Made by a program: the position numbers and the translations under genes
Notes under the pieces: generated by a model
Databases searched by the model: none
The model's input: the letters and a program-made list of their open reading frames with translations, nothing else
What the model was told of the DNA's origin: nothing
Assembly: GCF_018977255.1 (NCBI RefSeq)
Contig: NW_024704743.1
Span: forward strand, 11,534,001 to 11,598,000
Length of the DNA: 64,000 bases
Direction of reading: 5' to 3'
Origin: Callorhinchus milii
Taxonomy: Eukaryota
Shown here: positions 26,164 through 38,986 of the stretch, in pieces
Layout: each line of letters starts with the position of its first letter
Numbering within the stretch: position 1 is the stretch's first letter

Positions 26164-27354
26164 TAACCCCTTTTTTTTTTGAAAGAATCAACACCATCGG
26201 CAGTCAGGCCTTCTGCCCCCACCCTCTGAAACTGGAGTCCCTTCACCTCTTCCCTTCTTCAAGTCCATCTCAAGACCTCCCTCTTTGACCGTGCCTTCGG
26301 TCATCTTCCTTTCCCCAAACCATTTGCCCCCCAACCCTTCTGAATCCAACTCTCAGCTCGGATGAAAACCCTTAGCTATCCAACACCTTGAATGACCTCT
26401 TGATGTGAAAGGCACTATATAAATGCAATTTGTTGTTGTCTGAGGAGGCATTATTTCCACACAGAGAATGTACACTAATTTTAGGCTGGAAGAGGATATA
26501 AATTCAATAGAGAAACATTGCTATTGGTTCAAGAACTGCATGAGGTAATTTTGGAAAAGTTTAGTAAAAAAATACACATTAATCATACAAGTGTCATTAC
26601 AAACACGTGACTGACAAGTACACTAATGGATGAAAGAGCAGATTAAGAATCTTCCCAATAGGCTTCTACAGAGTAAAGTTTAAGACTTAGTGGATGTCAC
26701 AAGTTAAATTAGCAAGAAAAGCTCATGGGACACTTATCAGTGTCCAATCATGAATGATACATACTCCACCGTCAAATCTGTAAGAAAATTAATATTCAGT
26801 TCGTAAGACTGTCTACGAGCCTGATGGAAGGCTTATTCTTTTACCAGTACAGCTTCTAGATGAAGAATAAAGCTTAAGACTGCAGAAATATAACCTCACC
26901 ATTTATTCACTGTGTTCCATAAATGAGAAACTATTGTATCAGGATTTAATACCATTTATGACAAATAAGGAACACCCATGAAACAATGTGAGCATAGATT
27001 AAAAAATAAAATCATCTATTCAAGAATTCACTGTATAAAAAAATTATCCATTGATAATGCAAAGAAACATTACAACACAGCCAATTTATATGTAAACTTG
27101 AACTTACAGGAGCAAACAAGACATCTTCGCTATTCCCCAAGTAAAAAAAAAATCTCTATTTCTCGTGCTGCTTAGAAATATAGGAACACGATCCGTGAAA
27201 TGCTCCGAGATGTTATCTTAAGTAAATGGCGCTACTCTGATTTGAAGTCTATTCCCCCTCACAACTATTCCCTCTACCGAACGGGAGAATCATCCACTAC
27301 ATCCACTGTCAAATTAGTCATTATTTGATTATTTGAAACACTTCAATCAAATGA

Positions 27355-27985
27355 CAACAACAACAAATTATACTTATACAGTGCCCTTCATAATAATAAT
27401 CCCTCCAAAAAACAAAACAATAAATTGGTCATTTTCAATCCATGACTGTTTGTGGGACATTGCTGTGCACAATTGGCTGCTGCGTTCGCCCACAAATATA
27501 CAGTCAATTCACTTTACAGTATATTCTGTGAAGCGCTTTGGGACGTCTAGAAGACGTGAAAAGGGCTATATCAAAATGCAAGGATTATTATTATTATTAT
27601 TATTCATGTCGGAAAGGCATTGGACAGTCAGGGGTGTTTGGACCCGAGCTCAGAGTTGGGGTCAAAAGGGGTGAAGGGCAGGGGGCGTGAAGGTGGCCGA
27701 AGGCATGGCCGAAGAGTAAGGTCTTTAGACGGGAATGGAAGGAAGCAAGAGAGGGAGGAGTTGGAGGGATGGTGGAATAGAGTTCCAGAGTGTGGTGGCA
27801 GAGATGCTGAATGCCCGACCACTAATGGTGGGATGGAAAGTGCTGGGGACCTGAAGCAGGAGGGAGCAGACAGGCTGATCTGGGGTTAGGAGGTCGGAGA
27901 GGTAGGGGTGAGTAAGACCTTGGAGGACTTTGAAGTTGAGAATAAGGGTTTTGTACTCGATTCTCTGAGGGATGGGGAGCCCTCT
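27355..27985 (-). mobile_element. L2 3' fragment with a + strand SINE (27391-27602) inserted in its tail
   Basis: LPIPQRIEYKTL...LWNSIP; SINE flanked by a TTCAT duplication. Confidence 0.85.
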
Positions 27986-29896
27986 CATCATAGCTAAGGC
28001 TGTCAGCCAAGGTATTAGTCTTGTGAACTGTGACTGGATATCCTACGAAGTAAGTATATCCTTCCTAAGATTGGATGCCAAACTGAACAAGGTACGACAA
28101 ATAAGGTCTGACCAGTGCTCTCTATAGAGGTGGAGAAGAACTTCTTTGCTGTTACATTCCAGACCTTTTTTTGAATAAATCGCCGGGACTATTTGCTTTA
28201 TCGAAACCCTAGTTCCCTCTGCTCATTTGTTCCTGTTAGTGCTTCCCCATCCAGAACACACTGTTTTACTTGACAAAGGTTGTTTGATGTTTCCATTTTT
28301 TTAACAGCATAGTTGCCTTTAATGACTGTAAAAATTGTCAAATTAAACTGTTTCAAAACAGGATGATAGTAAATGCTGGTCTCAGAAAATTGTCTCATTA
28401 CTGATCCAAGACTATTATGCGATGTTGTATGTTTTTTTAATTTGCTTTGATATTAAGACAGCGTACGTCCTCAAAGAGTTCTTGTCATTTCAGATTAAAT
28501 TAGCTCGACCCTACAGTTCCAGCTCTGGCTTCACTCGTGGTTCCTGGAGCCTTATCTTTCACCGACCAGACCTTGCATCACATCTTAACCTATGTCGTGA
28601 AACAACCTAAATTATCAAAGTACATCTATCTAAGTCAATTGCCCTAAAACTGTCTCATTTCTTTTCACATGGATACAAGGCCCGGGAACTAGGGAAAACA
28701 GCTGCTCTGTAACAAAGGCCATTGTACCAGCATAATCCTGCCATCATTTGAATTCCTCCACAGTCTTGATTTTAATTAAAGCAAGACATCTCTGCCTGCT
28801 TTAATAATAATGGAGCAAGGAGCATTTGGAATATTTATTCTTTGCTTCATCAAGAAATTAGGTTAATTAATTAGGGGAGAAAACAATAGCATAAGGCAAC
28901 TAGGATAGCTGTGTACTTTACCAATCTAACACGTATTTCTGGAAATTTGAATCATATAGGGAAATCAACCTCAACTGGAAGTACAAACTTGGTCTAATTA
29001 GTCTGTTGTTACTAGCTTCTCTCTTTTAGCCCAAATGGACAGGCCTACACAATTCATAAAGGTAGGATTATAGTTTATAACCTGTACAATGTTAATTTTA
29101 CAAGAATCTAATTCAGATATGTAAATTATTTTATATTATCACAATTTTCAGCACAGTAAATATATCTTCCATATTTCATAATACTGGGACATGGGAGAAT
29201 GAGCAATATCCCAATTTGAAGGTATTAATACATTTCATTTAGACTTTAAAATGCTACTGGGGTCTAAAAGTGCTCTAACTGATTTACCCGAGTCCATCAT
29301 CCTGGGGCCAGCAGTCAGATTTCAAGGACAATAAAATCTCAGGCCTGCAAAAATCTTGTGACTCCACTACTTTGAGGGCTTTCTATGGAGCAAACGCTCC
29401 ATACAGCAGAGGAGCTTTTGCCGGCAGCCACGTTTATGCTCCACTACCTGTATTCCCATACTGCCCAGTACAGGAACACGGCAAACTCCAATCCACAACA
29501 ACGTACCTACTGCTGACAGTAAGTTATAAACACAATCAGAAATTAGATTATTCAAATCTACTACATTTAAATAGCCAAATCAAAGTCCATTATCTAATCT
29601 ATTGAAAATAATGAAGTGTCCAAAGTTACCTTCACAATTTCACTACAATTTGATAGTGACAGCAACAGAGTAATTGTGCCAACATCAGGATATTCCATGG
29701 AAGGTGGGCAAATTAAAAAGATAAGTTTATTTTCTAATGTTTTTGTCAATTGAGATGAATTAATTCCATATTGGAGAAAGCTACCAAAGCAGGAAAGAAC
29801 ATAAAATAAATCAAATATTTGTAGATCAGTGATGCCACGCATTATTTTGGAAGCCTGCTGTCACTTCCTGAACATACAGTACAGGAACTGAGGTTT

Positions 29897-30600
29897 GCTC
29901 AGCCAGGTGTCTGATAAATGCAGAAACCTATCACCATGCTTAATAGTATCCAAACCAAGCTGAGATTCCCATCTACACATGGAAATCCCAAAGATAGATT
30001 GTTGGAATTGAATGCTCACTCTCTCCCTGGAGAGACACATCCTGCTTACCTAATTCCGGAAAGTATTAGGCACAGGTTGGCAAGAGCCAAGGCTTGAGGA
30101 CCCCAGAATGTGCGTTGGGGTACTCCTGGAGTCGAACCAGCTAAAACCACATAGCTTGCCATTGATATTGCTGTATGGCAAGCTTTCCCGCTGCTTATCC
30201 AGCTAGGACCACGTTACCCGTTAGGGCTTTGGCTTGTAGGATTAAAATGAGCTGAGTGGGATGACTCCATGCCCCAGTGACTGGTCTGCCCTTCCAGGTC
30301 CTGCAGATGAACTGTGCTGTCATCAACAGGGCCCTGGAATACTGCAGACCCACCTACTCAGGAAACGGATTTGGAGACCATCACAGAGGGCTAAAGAGGG
30401 CTGAATTCTTATGTTCCTTTGTCAGGCACGTCACCTTGGAGCCAGTTCAGCTCCAAGGAGACCACCCTTACCTCCCCACCAAGAAGGATAGTTGGGTATG
30501 TTTAGTGTGGGAAGATGGTTAATCAGTGCCGGAAGCCAGGTGTAATGCATTTCTGGTTAGTGCAGATTCAAAGGAGGCCCAAACGAACCTGCGCTCAACG
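29897..30600 (+). mobile_element. 5' end of an Ingi/Vingi-like non-LTR retrotransposon: ~400 nt leader plus degenerate APE endonuclease start
   Basis: The leader recurs elsewhere in the window and is followed by FQVLQMN...GLKRAEFL...VQLQ-G/E-(T)H, resembling the APE 'lqlNieGl...vaLQETH' motifs. The clade assignment is inference. Confidence 0.6.
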
Positions 30601-31176
30601 GGGTCACATTCTAATTGTAGTTAGCAAGCTTCAAAAAAATATAAGACACTGTTAAGTTACCAAACCAGAACGAAAAGCAAAAATAAGGCAGGAATAGAGC
30701 AATACTGTTCAGTGCCATGGAGTCATGCAACATATTTGATACTCCACTGCTTTCAGTTTATAATTTGAGTTTTTACTGAGCAGGTCCAACAGTACTAATC
30801 ACAATATAGCTTTGACAAGAGAGTGAACAGAGAAAACTGCATTGCTTTATGATCTATTATAAACAACATTTAGAATGTCTGTTTATACCACTCATGTGAA
30901 ATGTTTTGTTAAAAGAATAGTTTTTAAAATTGAACTATTGATTTTTCTGTCCTGAAATGGACAGCAAACTGAGCAGTGACATTACTGCTTCTATGTGATG
31001 TTATAATCATGAATATGAACTTTTGGAATAATCGCACGACTTTGGCTCACCGACATGATCCTTTTTCTGCAACCCAACATTCCAACTCTTACCCTTCACT
31101 CTCTGACTTAGAATTGTGGTTTGTTCCTCAGTTCCACCATCACTTTCCTAAAACCACTCTGCGTTTTAACTCCACT

Positions 31177-33620
31177 AGAATCAGAATTATACAGCACAGA
31201 AGGAGGCCATTTGGCCCTTCGTGCCTGTGCCGGCTCTTTGCAAAAGGTACCCAATCAGTCCCACTCCCCTGCACTTTTCCCATGTCCTTGCAAATGTTTC
31301 CTCTTCAAGCACCTATCCAATTCCCTGTTGAAAGTTGTTATTGAATCTGTTTCCACCATCCTTTCAGGCAGTGCATTCCAGATCGTAACAACTTTCTGTG
31401 TAAAAAAAATTCTCCTCATCTCCCCCTGGTTATTTTGCCAATTATCTTGAATCTATATCCCCTGGTCATGACCCACCAGCCAGTGGAAACAGTTTCTCCC
31501 TATCTACTCTATCAAAACCCCTCATAATTTTGAACACCTCTATTAAATCTCCCCTTAACCTTCTCTGCTCTAAGGAGAACAATCCCAACTTCTCCAGTCT
31601 CTCACATAACTAAAGTTCCTCATCCCTGGTACAATCTGGTAAATCTCCTCTGCATCCTTTCCAAAGCCTTGATATCCTTCCTAAAGTGTGGTGCCCAGAA
31701 TTGGACACAGTACTCCAGCTGAGGCCTAACCAGTGACTTGTAAAGGTTTAGCAGAACTTCCTTGCTTTTGTACTCTATGCCTCTATCTCTAAAGCCAAGG
31801 ATCCCATATATGTTTTTAACAGCTCTATCAACCTGTCCTGCCACCTTCGAACAACAACAAGATTACATTTGTATAGCGCCTTTCAAGTCGGGAGGACGTC
31901 CCAAGGCGCTGGACAGACGCATTTCAGACCCGAGCTGGGGTCGGGAGGGGAGGGGAAGAGGGGTGGCCGATGGCATGGTCGAAGAGGAGGGTCTTGAGGC
32001 GGGACTTGAAGGAGGCTAAGGAGGGGGCGAGGCGGAGTGACTGGGGAATGGAATTCCAGAGGTTGGGAGCAGAGTGGCTGAAGGTTCTCCCACCAATGGT
32101 GGGGCAGGTGGGTCGGGGGACATGGAGCAGGCCAGAGCCGACTGAGCGGAGGGAACGGGCAGGTTGGTAGGGGTTTAGGAGGTCACAGAGGTAGGGTGGG
32201 GCGAGGCCATGGAGGGTTTCGTATGTGAGGACCAGGATCTTGAACTGATCCTCTGAAGGATAGGGAGCCAGTGGAGTCGGGCGGGTGTGAGGGAGATGGG
32301 ATCGCGGAGTTTGGTGCGGGAGAGGACACGGGCTGCAGAGTTCTCGATTATCTGCAGCCTGTGGAGGGAGTTGGAAAGGCCAACAAGCAGGGCGTTTGCA
32401 TAGTCGAGCCTGGAAGTGATGAAGACATGAACAAGAGTTTCAGCAGCCTGAGGGGTGAGGTGGTGGCGGAGTCGGGCAATGTTACGGAGGTGAGGGAAGG
32501 CAAAGCGGGTCAGGGCTTGGATTTGGGGGAGAAGAGACAGTTGAGGGTCGAACAAGACACCCAGGTTCCTGATGGCTTGGTGAGTTGAAGTGAGCAACCA
32601 TGGAGGTTGATGTTGCCAGAGCCTGAGGTGCAGAGGCGCTGGCGTGAGCCAATCAGGAGGGCCTCAGTCTTGCTCACATTCAACTGTAGGAAATTTGCCC
32701 TCATCCAGGACTTAATGTCTGACAGGCAGTCTGTCAGGACAGCAGTGGTCCTGGAGTTGAGGGTGGAGGCAGAAGATAAGAGTTCGGTGTCATTCACATA
32801 TATATGAAAGTTGACCCCATGTTTGCGGATGATGTCACCAAGGGGGAGCATGTAGATATTAAAGAGGAGAGGGCCAAGGATAGAGCCCTGGGGGACACCA
32901 GATGTGACAGTGCGGGGGCTGGAGGAGAAACCGTTAGAGGCAACGAAGTGGAGACGGTGAGAGAGATAGGAATCAAACCAGACAAGGGCAGGTCCGTGAA
33001 GATTGAGTAAAGCGGAGAGGCGGTGTATGAGAATGGAGTGGTCAACAGTGTCGAAGGCGGCAGTGAGGTCGAGGAGGACAAGGAGGCAGAGGGAGCCCTC
33101 ATCACAGATGTTCAGAATGTTATTAGTGATTTTGACCAGGGCTGTTTCCGTGCTGTGGGCAGCGCAGAAGCCGGATTGGAGGGGTTCAAAGAGGGAATGG
33201 CGAGAGAGAAAGGAGCGGAGCTGAGACTCGTTCCAGAACCTTGGAGAGGTCAAAGACCCATGTATGTGAGCTCCCAGGTCTCTCTGCTCCCGTACCCCCT
33301 TTAAAATTATACCATTTATTATACATTGCCTCTCCTCATTCTTCCTCCCAAAACGCATCACCTCACACTTATCTGCACTAAACTTCATCTGCCATGTCTG
33401 TCCATTTCACCAGCCTGTCTTTGTCCATCTGCAGTCTGCTACCATCCTCCTCACTGTTTACTATGTTCCCAAGTTTTGTGTCATCTGCAAACTTTAAAAT
33501 GTTGCTCTCTGTACCCAAGTCATTCCCATATATCAAAAGGAGCAGTGGACCTAATACTGACCATGGTGGACACCACTGTGTATTTTCCTCCAGTCTGAAA
33601 ATCAGCCATTCACCACTCTA
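31177..33620 (-). mobile_element. CR1 3' fragment interrupted by an L2 (31850-33225)
   Basis: LVRPQLEYCVQFWAP (CR1); EPLQSGF.AAHSTETAL, LLDLTAAFDTVDH, SGVPQGSILGP (L2 RT). Confidence 0.9.
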
Positions 33621-34845
33621 TTCACTACCATTCTATTGTTTCTACATCTTTCTGAAATTTGCTTATAGATTTGCTCCTCTATCTCCTTCCCACTATTTGA
33701 TGGTCTATAGTATACACTTAGCAGCGTAACAGCTCATATTCTGCTCCTTAACTCGCACCAAATATATTCCATCTTTGATCCCTCTAGCACAACCAGGTGA
33801 TTTTACGTAGCCTGCGCCCATTTCCACCATTCCAACTTCTACTCCCTCCCTCCCTGGCGAACGTCCTCCCAGGGCAGCGCATTTACTGCAGTCTGTCAGA
33901 AATGCAAGCGTGTTTCGTACCAACCACCAGCTCCTGCACTGCAGATAGTGACCCATGCTTGAGAAACAGATTGGGAGAGAGAGGGATTGAGACAGGGGGA
34001 AGAGAGGAGAGAGAAGATGGGGGAGAAAGGAGGGCTCTCTCACCCACACTCTCTCTCCCCCCCTCTCTCTACCAGTCTCTCTCCCCCCTTCTGTTTACCA
34101 ATCTCTTTCCCCCAACCTTCTCCCAATCTCTCTCCCAAGTGCAGGTCACTATCCGCAGTGGCAGGAGCTGGCAGTTAGTTGCTAAGGATGCGGTTGGTAA
34201 CAGATGAGCTTGCTTTCCTGGCAGACTGCAGTAAAGGCTCTGCCGCTCCTGCCGCTGCCCTGGGAAGACGTTCACCAGGGAGGGAGGAAGTGGGTTGGAA
34301 TGTTGGAAATGGTCTTGGGCCAGATATGGCCCGCGGGCCGCTAGCTGGCCCACACTAGATGCGGCCGGCAGACCTTTCTCAAATAGATCAATGCAGCCCG
34401 CGGCAACCATAAGGTTGGACCAGTCTGCTCCAGCACAGCATCCCTTTCCAGGGCTGAAACAGTATATTTGATCAATACTGACACCCCCTCCTCTTTTTCC
34501 TTCCTTATCCCTCCTGAATACATTGTAGTGAGGAACATTCAGCTCCCATTCCTGTCCTTGTTTGAACCAAGGCTCCTTTATTGCCACTACATCATAACCT
34601 CATGTGGCAACTTGAGCCTGCAGCTCACCAACCTTATTTGTCACACTCCTTGCATTTACACACATGCACTCCAAGACTGCCTTTATCTGCTTTGCATTTC
34701 TCCTGTGTCTGATCCCTCCTCTTTCTTGACTACTCTTTATTCCAAAGTTACTTGTCTCTCCCAGTCCACTATGTTCCTTGTTTCTCCTCTCTAATGTTAC
34801 ATCCTGGTTCCCTCCCCACTGCCAAATTAGTTTAAACCCTTCCTT
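33621..34845 (-). mobile_element. CR1 ORF2 endonuclease-domain fragment split by the hAT MITE
   Basis: CVNARSVTNKVGEL...EPW...WELNVP.YNVFRRD..GKRGGGV and, across the insertion, EYIWCELR...VYYRPSNSGKEIEEQI. Confidence 0.85.
33790..34427. mobile_element. Non-autonomous hAT (Charlie-like) DNA transposon with long internal inverted repeats
   Basis: 8-bp TSD CTCTAGCA (33782-33789) / CTCCAGCA (34428-34435); right end GGCCCGCGGGCC...GGTTGGACCAGTCTG; left TIR partly deleted. Confidence 0.75.
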
Positions 34846-35024
34846 CAAAAATATCCTAAAATCCTACTCTTTCAACCAAACCTTTGGCCAACATCTTTAC
34901 ATTTATTTTCTCTTAACTCTGTCCACCACATCATTTGTAAAGCACTTTGAAATGTTCTTTTAAATAAAAGACATAATGCAAAAATACAATGAGACTTTTT
35001 CAGGTTTCTCTCCAGATACTCTAC

Positions 35025-35110
35025 CTTCTCTGATTCAGGGCTGGGTCTTACTACAAGCTTTGGTTCTGGTCCCGTTTTTATAACATCTCTGAAGGCCTTC
35101 CCTGTCGGCC
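35025..35110 (-). CDS. XYLB: Xylulose kinase penultimate exon, 86 bp (GPTGKAFRDVIKTGPEPKLVVRPSPESEK)
   Basis: Acceptor TTCTTTGGTTTCGGATTCAG, donor AAG|GTAGAG, phase 1 to 0; similar to human [24 protein letters not shown] (from memory). Confidence 0.85.
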
Positions 35111-35472
35111 CTGAATCCGAAACCAAAGAATATAATTTAAGAACAGGAGCAATTAGATAATCACATGACCATGTTAGTTTGCTGTGCATTATGAGCTCAA
35201 CTTATATTCTTATTAATATCTCGGGATATAATATATAGTTTGGGACATGACATGTCATGCAACTGCCAGAATGGTGGAAGGGGAACTGGATGGACCTTAG
35301 TCTTCTTTCACCTAGCAAATCCTTATGTTCTAACCCTGCATTCACAAATTAGCTTCAGGTAAGATGGCAGCCACTTTCCTTCATAGTACACAGTGTAACA
35401 ATTGGTCAACATTTTGTACTGCAAACTGATAGGTACACATTTCTGAGGAAATGGGAGCCACTTACTCAGTAA

Positions 35473-36020
35473 ACAACAACAACAACAAGATTCCATTTAT
35501 GAAGCGCCTTTCACGTCAGGAGGACGTCCCAAGGCGCTGCACAGTTGGGTCATGACCCGAGCAGGGGGGAAATGGTCAGGGTGAGGGGAGGGAAGGGAGG
35601 GAGCGAGGAGGGGGGAAATGGTCAGGGTGAGGGGAGGGAAGGGAGGGAGCGAGGAGGGGGAAGAGAGTCGAGAGGGGAGCTGAAGGCTCGGTCAAAGAGA
35701 AAGGTCTTGAGACCGGCCTTGAAGGAGGAAAGGGAGGAGGCGGCGAAGGCACTGGGGGATGGAGTTCCAGAGCCTGGGGGCTGAGAGGCTGAAGGCCCGA
35801 CCACCGATGGTAGGGCGGTTGGGGCGGGGGACGTGGAGCAGACCGGAGCCAGAGGAACGGAGGGTACGGGCAGGTAGGTAGGGGGATAGTAGGTCGGAGA
35901 GGTAGGAGGGAGCAAGGCCGTGAATGGCCTTGTAGGTGAGGATGAGGATCTTGAAATCAATCCTCTGGGGGATGGGGAGCCAGTGGAGGCGAGCGAGGGT
36001 GGGAGTGATGTGGTCCCGAA
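35473..36020 (-). mobile_element. Young L2 3' fragment with a 45-bp tandem duplication in its 3' UTR
   Basis: RDHITPTLARLHWLPIPQRIDFKIL; GGGGGAAATGGTCAGGGTGAGGGGAGGGAAGGGAGGGAGCGAGGA occurs twice. Confidence 0.92.
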
Positions 36021-37241
36021 ACACGAGGTACTCGTGTTTTACTGACTTACCCCAGTTACATTCCAGATGTGTTCAACATGAGTACATCATACCCATGTAT
36101 CAAATTGTTGGGTGTTCAGCTTTAGCCAAGAGAAAGCTTAATTTCATCAATAATAACAATGATAATATTTAACTTTGAAATAAATTACTTGATTCAGTTC
36201 ACTGTCCTAGCAAGCAGAATACCATCTATGACAGTCTGACTGATCATCTTTTCAGTGAGAGGGACGATGTATATATAAAAAATATTTCTACCTCACTGAT
36301 CTTTCCTCTCATATTCGGAGAATGAATTCAAATGTAAATATTAGTGTAACAAGACACGTTCTAGTAGAAACAACCCCAGGATTCCACTAAACATGCAAAG
36401 AATACACTTGTTCACAGTTAATTTGGGAGCTGTGATCATCTGTTGCTGCTATTGCACCTGTAAGTGAATTTACCCCTGAGATCTATTGAAATAAAGTCCA
36501 AGTATGCCGTATTAACACTCCTGCAGTCCTCTGCTAAAGCTGGAGGAGTACCTCTTCTGATATGGCATGATTTTATAATCGGTAATAATAATCAGGTTAA
36601 TCAGATATTTACATTTCTAACTCTCTTTGATGAGCCCGACAAATGCATTCTTCTGAGGAAGAAATATCACTCAAACAACACTGATATGAATGACCTTTTT
36701 TATATATGAAATATAATGTATTTTTCCAATGGGAGCACTTGAACCAGGCCTTAATTCTCCTTTTAAAGTGATTTTCCAAAGTGAACAGTGAAATCGTCAC
36801 AAACTGAGTAAATCACTTAAAATGAATTCACGTAAGCATCGTAAGGCTATGTCTCAATTGAATGCAGATGTTATTATAAATAGCAAGAGGCAAGGTCCAT
36901 TAAAATTACATATTCTAAGAATTGCATAACCATACAATAAAAATATTTTTCCAAACATTAAAGTAAATGCATTAAGATAAATATAAACATTAAGATGAAT
37001 TGTGAATTTACAGAACTTCATAACCATTTATAATAATCAAATGCTAGTATTATTATTATTATTATAATGATTACAAAAGGTTATAAAAGGGTACTGTAAA
37101 TTCACAATTATTGAGAACAGAAAAACAGACATAGATTTAAAATATAGATTTAAAGATACATTTTCCTGGATGACTTGATCTTAAATAAACACATCGATAT
37201 TTTATTTCCTCACAGCACGATTTGACTCATTACTAAGGTTA

Positions 37242-37346
<105 letters not shown>

Positions 37347-38986
37347 CTACGAAATAAATACAAACATTTGATGGAAAGGTATTCCCATTTGCTGCTGATT
37401 AATTGTGCAATCCTGCAGCAGGTACCCACACCACACACAATCACATTAGAACCATGGCTGGCGAGAGTCAGGTGACGCAGCAGAGATTTGTCATTCTTTC
37501 AGGATTGCAGCTTGCAAAAACTGCAAGGATGAACATAAAACAGAGTAGAGATTAATTGGATACAAGGGCCGGACAGACTCCTTCCCTTATTCATTGGACG
37601 AAAGGAAAATACTGACCAAGGATTTAAAGAAAGTATATTATGAAGAGTTTGACGTGAAAATGATTGTAGAATGACTGATTAAAAGCACATTCTTCTGAGA
37701 GGGTAGAGGTAAGAGAATATTAAAACCAGTAGCGAGGCTACAACATCACCACATTGGCACTCTGACATAATCCTGTCAGTGACACACTGTTTAGAAGGGG
37801 TTAATAAAGGGCCAAAGGAAAAGGTCAGCAATGCTTCAATGTCAGTGTGTTTCTGTTTTTTTGTCTGCCTGCCACTGATTGTGTTTGGCTATAAAATGAC
37901 AGCAAGCATAAAAAGGTCAGCATAGGTTTAACTGATCTCTGGTTTCAATGGCTAGTTGGCTGAGTTAGGTTCAGCCTACTAGCCATTGTAGTAGGCTAGT
38001 CATCTTGTAAACTTGACGACTAGAGGTGTGAAATAGGCATCTTGTTAAATCTGCGAGCCAAAGAGCCATCAAATAACAACAACTTGCATTTAAGAACATA
38101 AGAATTAGGAGCAGGAGTAGGCCATTCGGCTACTCGAGCCTGCCCCGCCATTCAATAAGATCATTTATATAGCGCCCTTCACCTGGGGCAGCTTCTCAAA
38201 GCGCTAAATAACCAGTCTTACCTGGAAAAGTACTGTGAATTTACCAGCATTTTGCACTTGTAATTGACAGTCACTATTGTATTATTTTATAGACCTGGAC
38301 TAAGCATAACTCAGGGGTAATTAGCGCACTTCTGCTACATTTAACCTGATGCTCCGACAATCAGAAAAGTCCTGTCTTTGGTAGCAGCACTACTGCCAAG
38401 CTAAGGTGTCACCAGAGGCACAAAGACTCACCTTAGGAGATGGTTCTCGCAACACTTTCTGAGGTAGCAGTGCTGGAGGCAGCAATATAATTAGCTAATC
38501 ACTTGCTGGAAAATTAATTGTGATGTTCACAGATAATTTAGTGATGACTAAAACTCCATCAGCTGGGCTCAAAATGGCCACTTGTACTAGGAAGTGCAGG
38601 TTGGAGATAGGTTGGTAGCTGAAGAGCATGGATGAATCACATGAGAACTTCTGGAAGGGTTGGAGGGGTAATAATGACAATTTTGAAAGGGATACTGTAC
38701 AATGGAGATGGAGCAGCTGGGGAGTTCAGCAAGCATGGAAATGGGTGCACCTCTGGAGTCGCTGTGCCTCTACCCCTCGCCCCACATGACAAGCCTGCCT
38801 TTCTTTTGATCACCCACCACCCCATACCCTTTCCGAGCTCCCCATACCTCTGAGCTCAGACTCCCTGTCAGCTTGGTGTAGCACTTTGAGATGTGAAAGG
38901 AATTATGTAAATGTAAAATTTATGTTATTGTTGTACTGTAACCCTTCCCCGATCCAGAACTGCACGATTGAGACCGGATATCCTAC

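Noticed and set aside
29897..30000. HDV-like ribozyme at the 5' end of the Vingi-like element
   Set aside because: I could not build the P1/P1.1/P2/P3 nested pseudoknot by eye; the short GCTCAGCC match to the L1Tc Pr77 signature is not sufficient.
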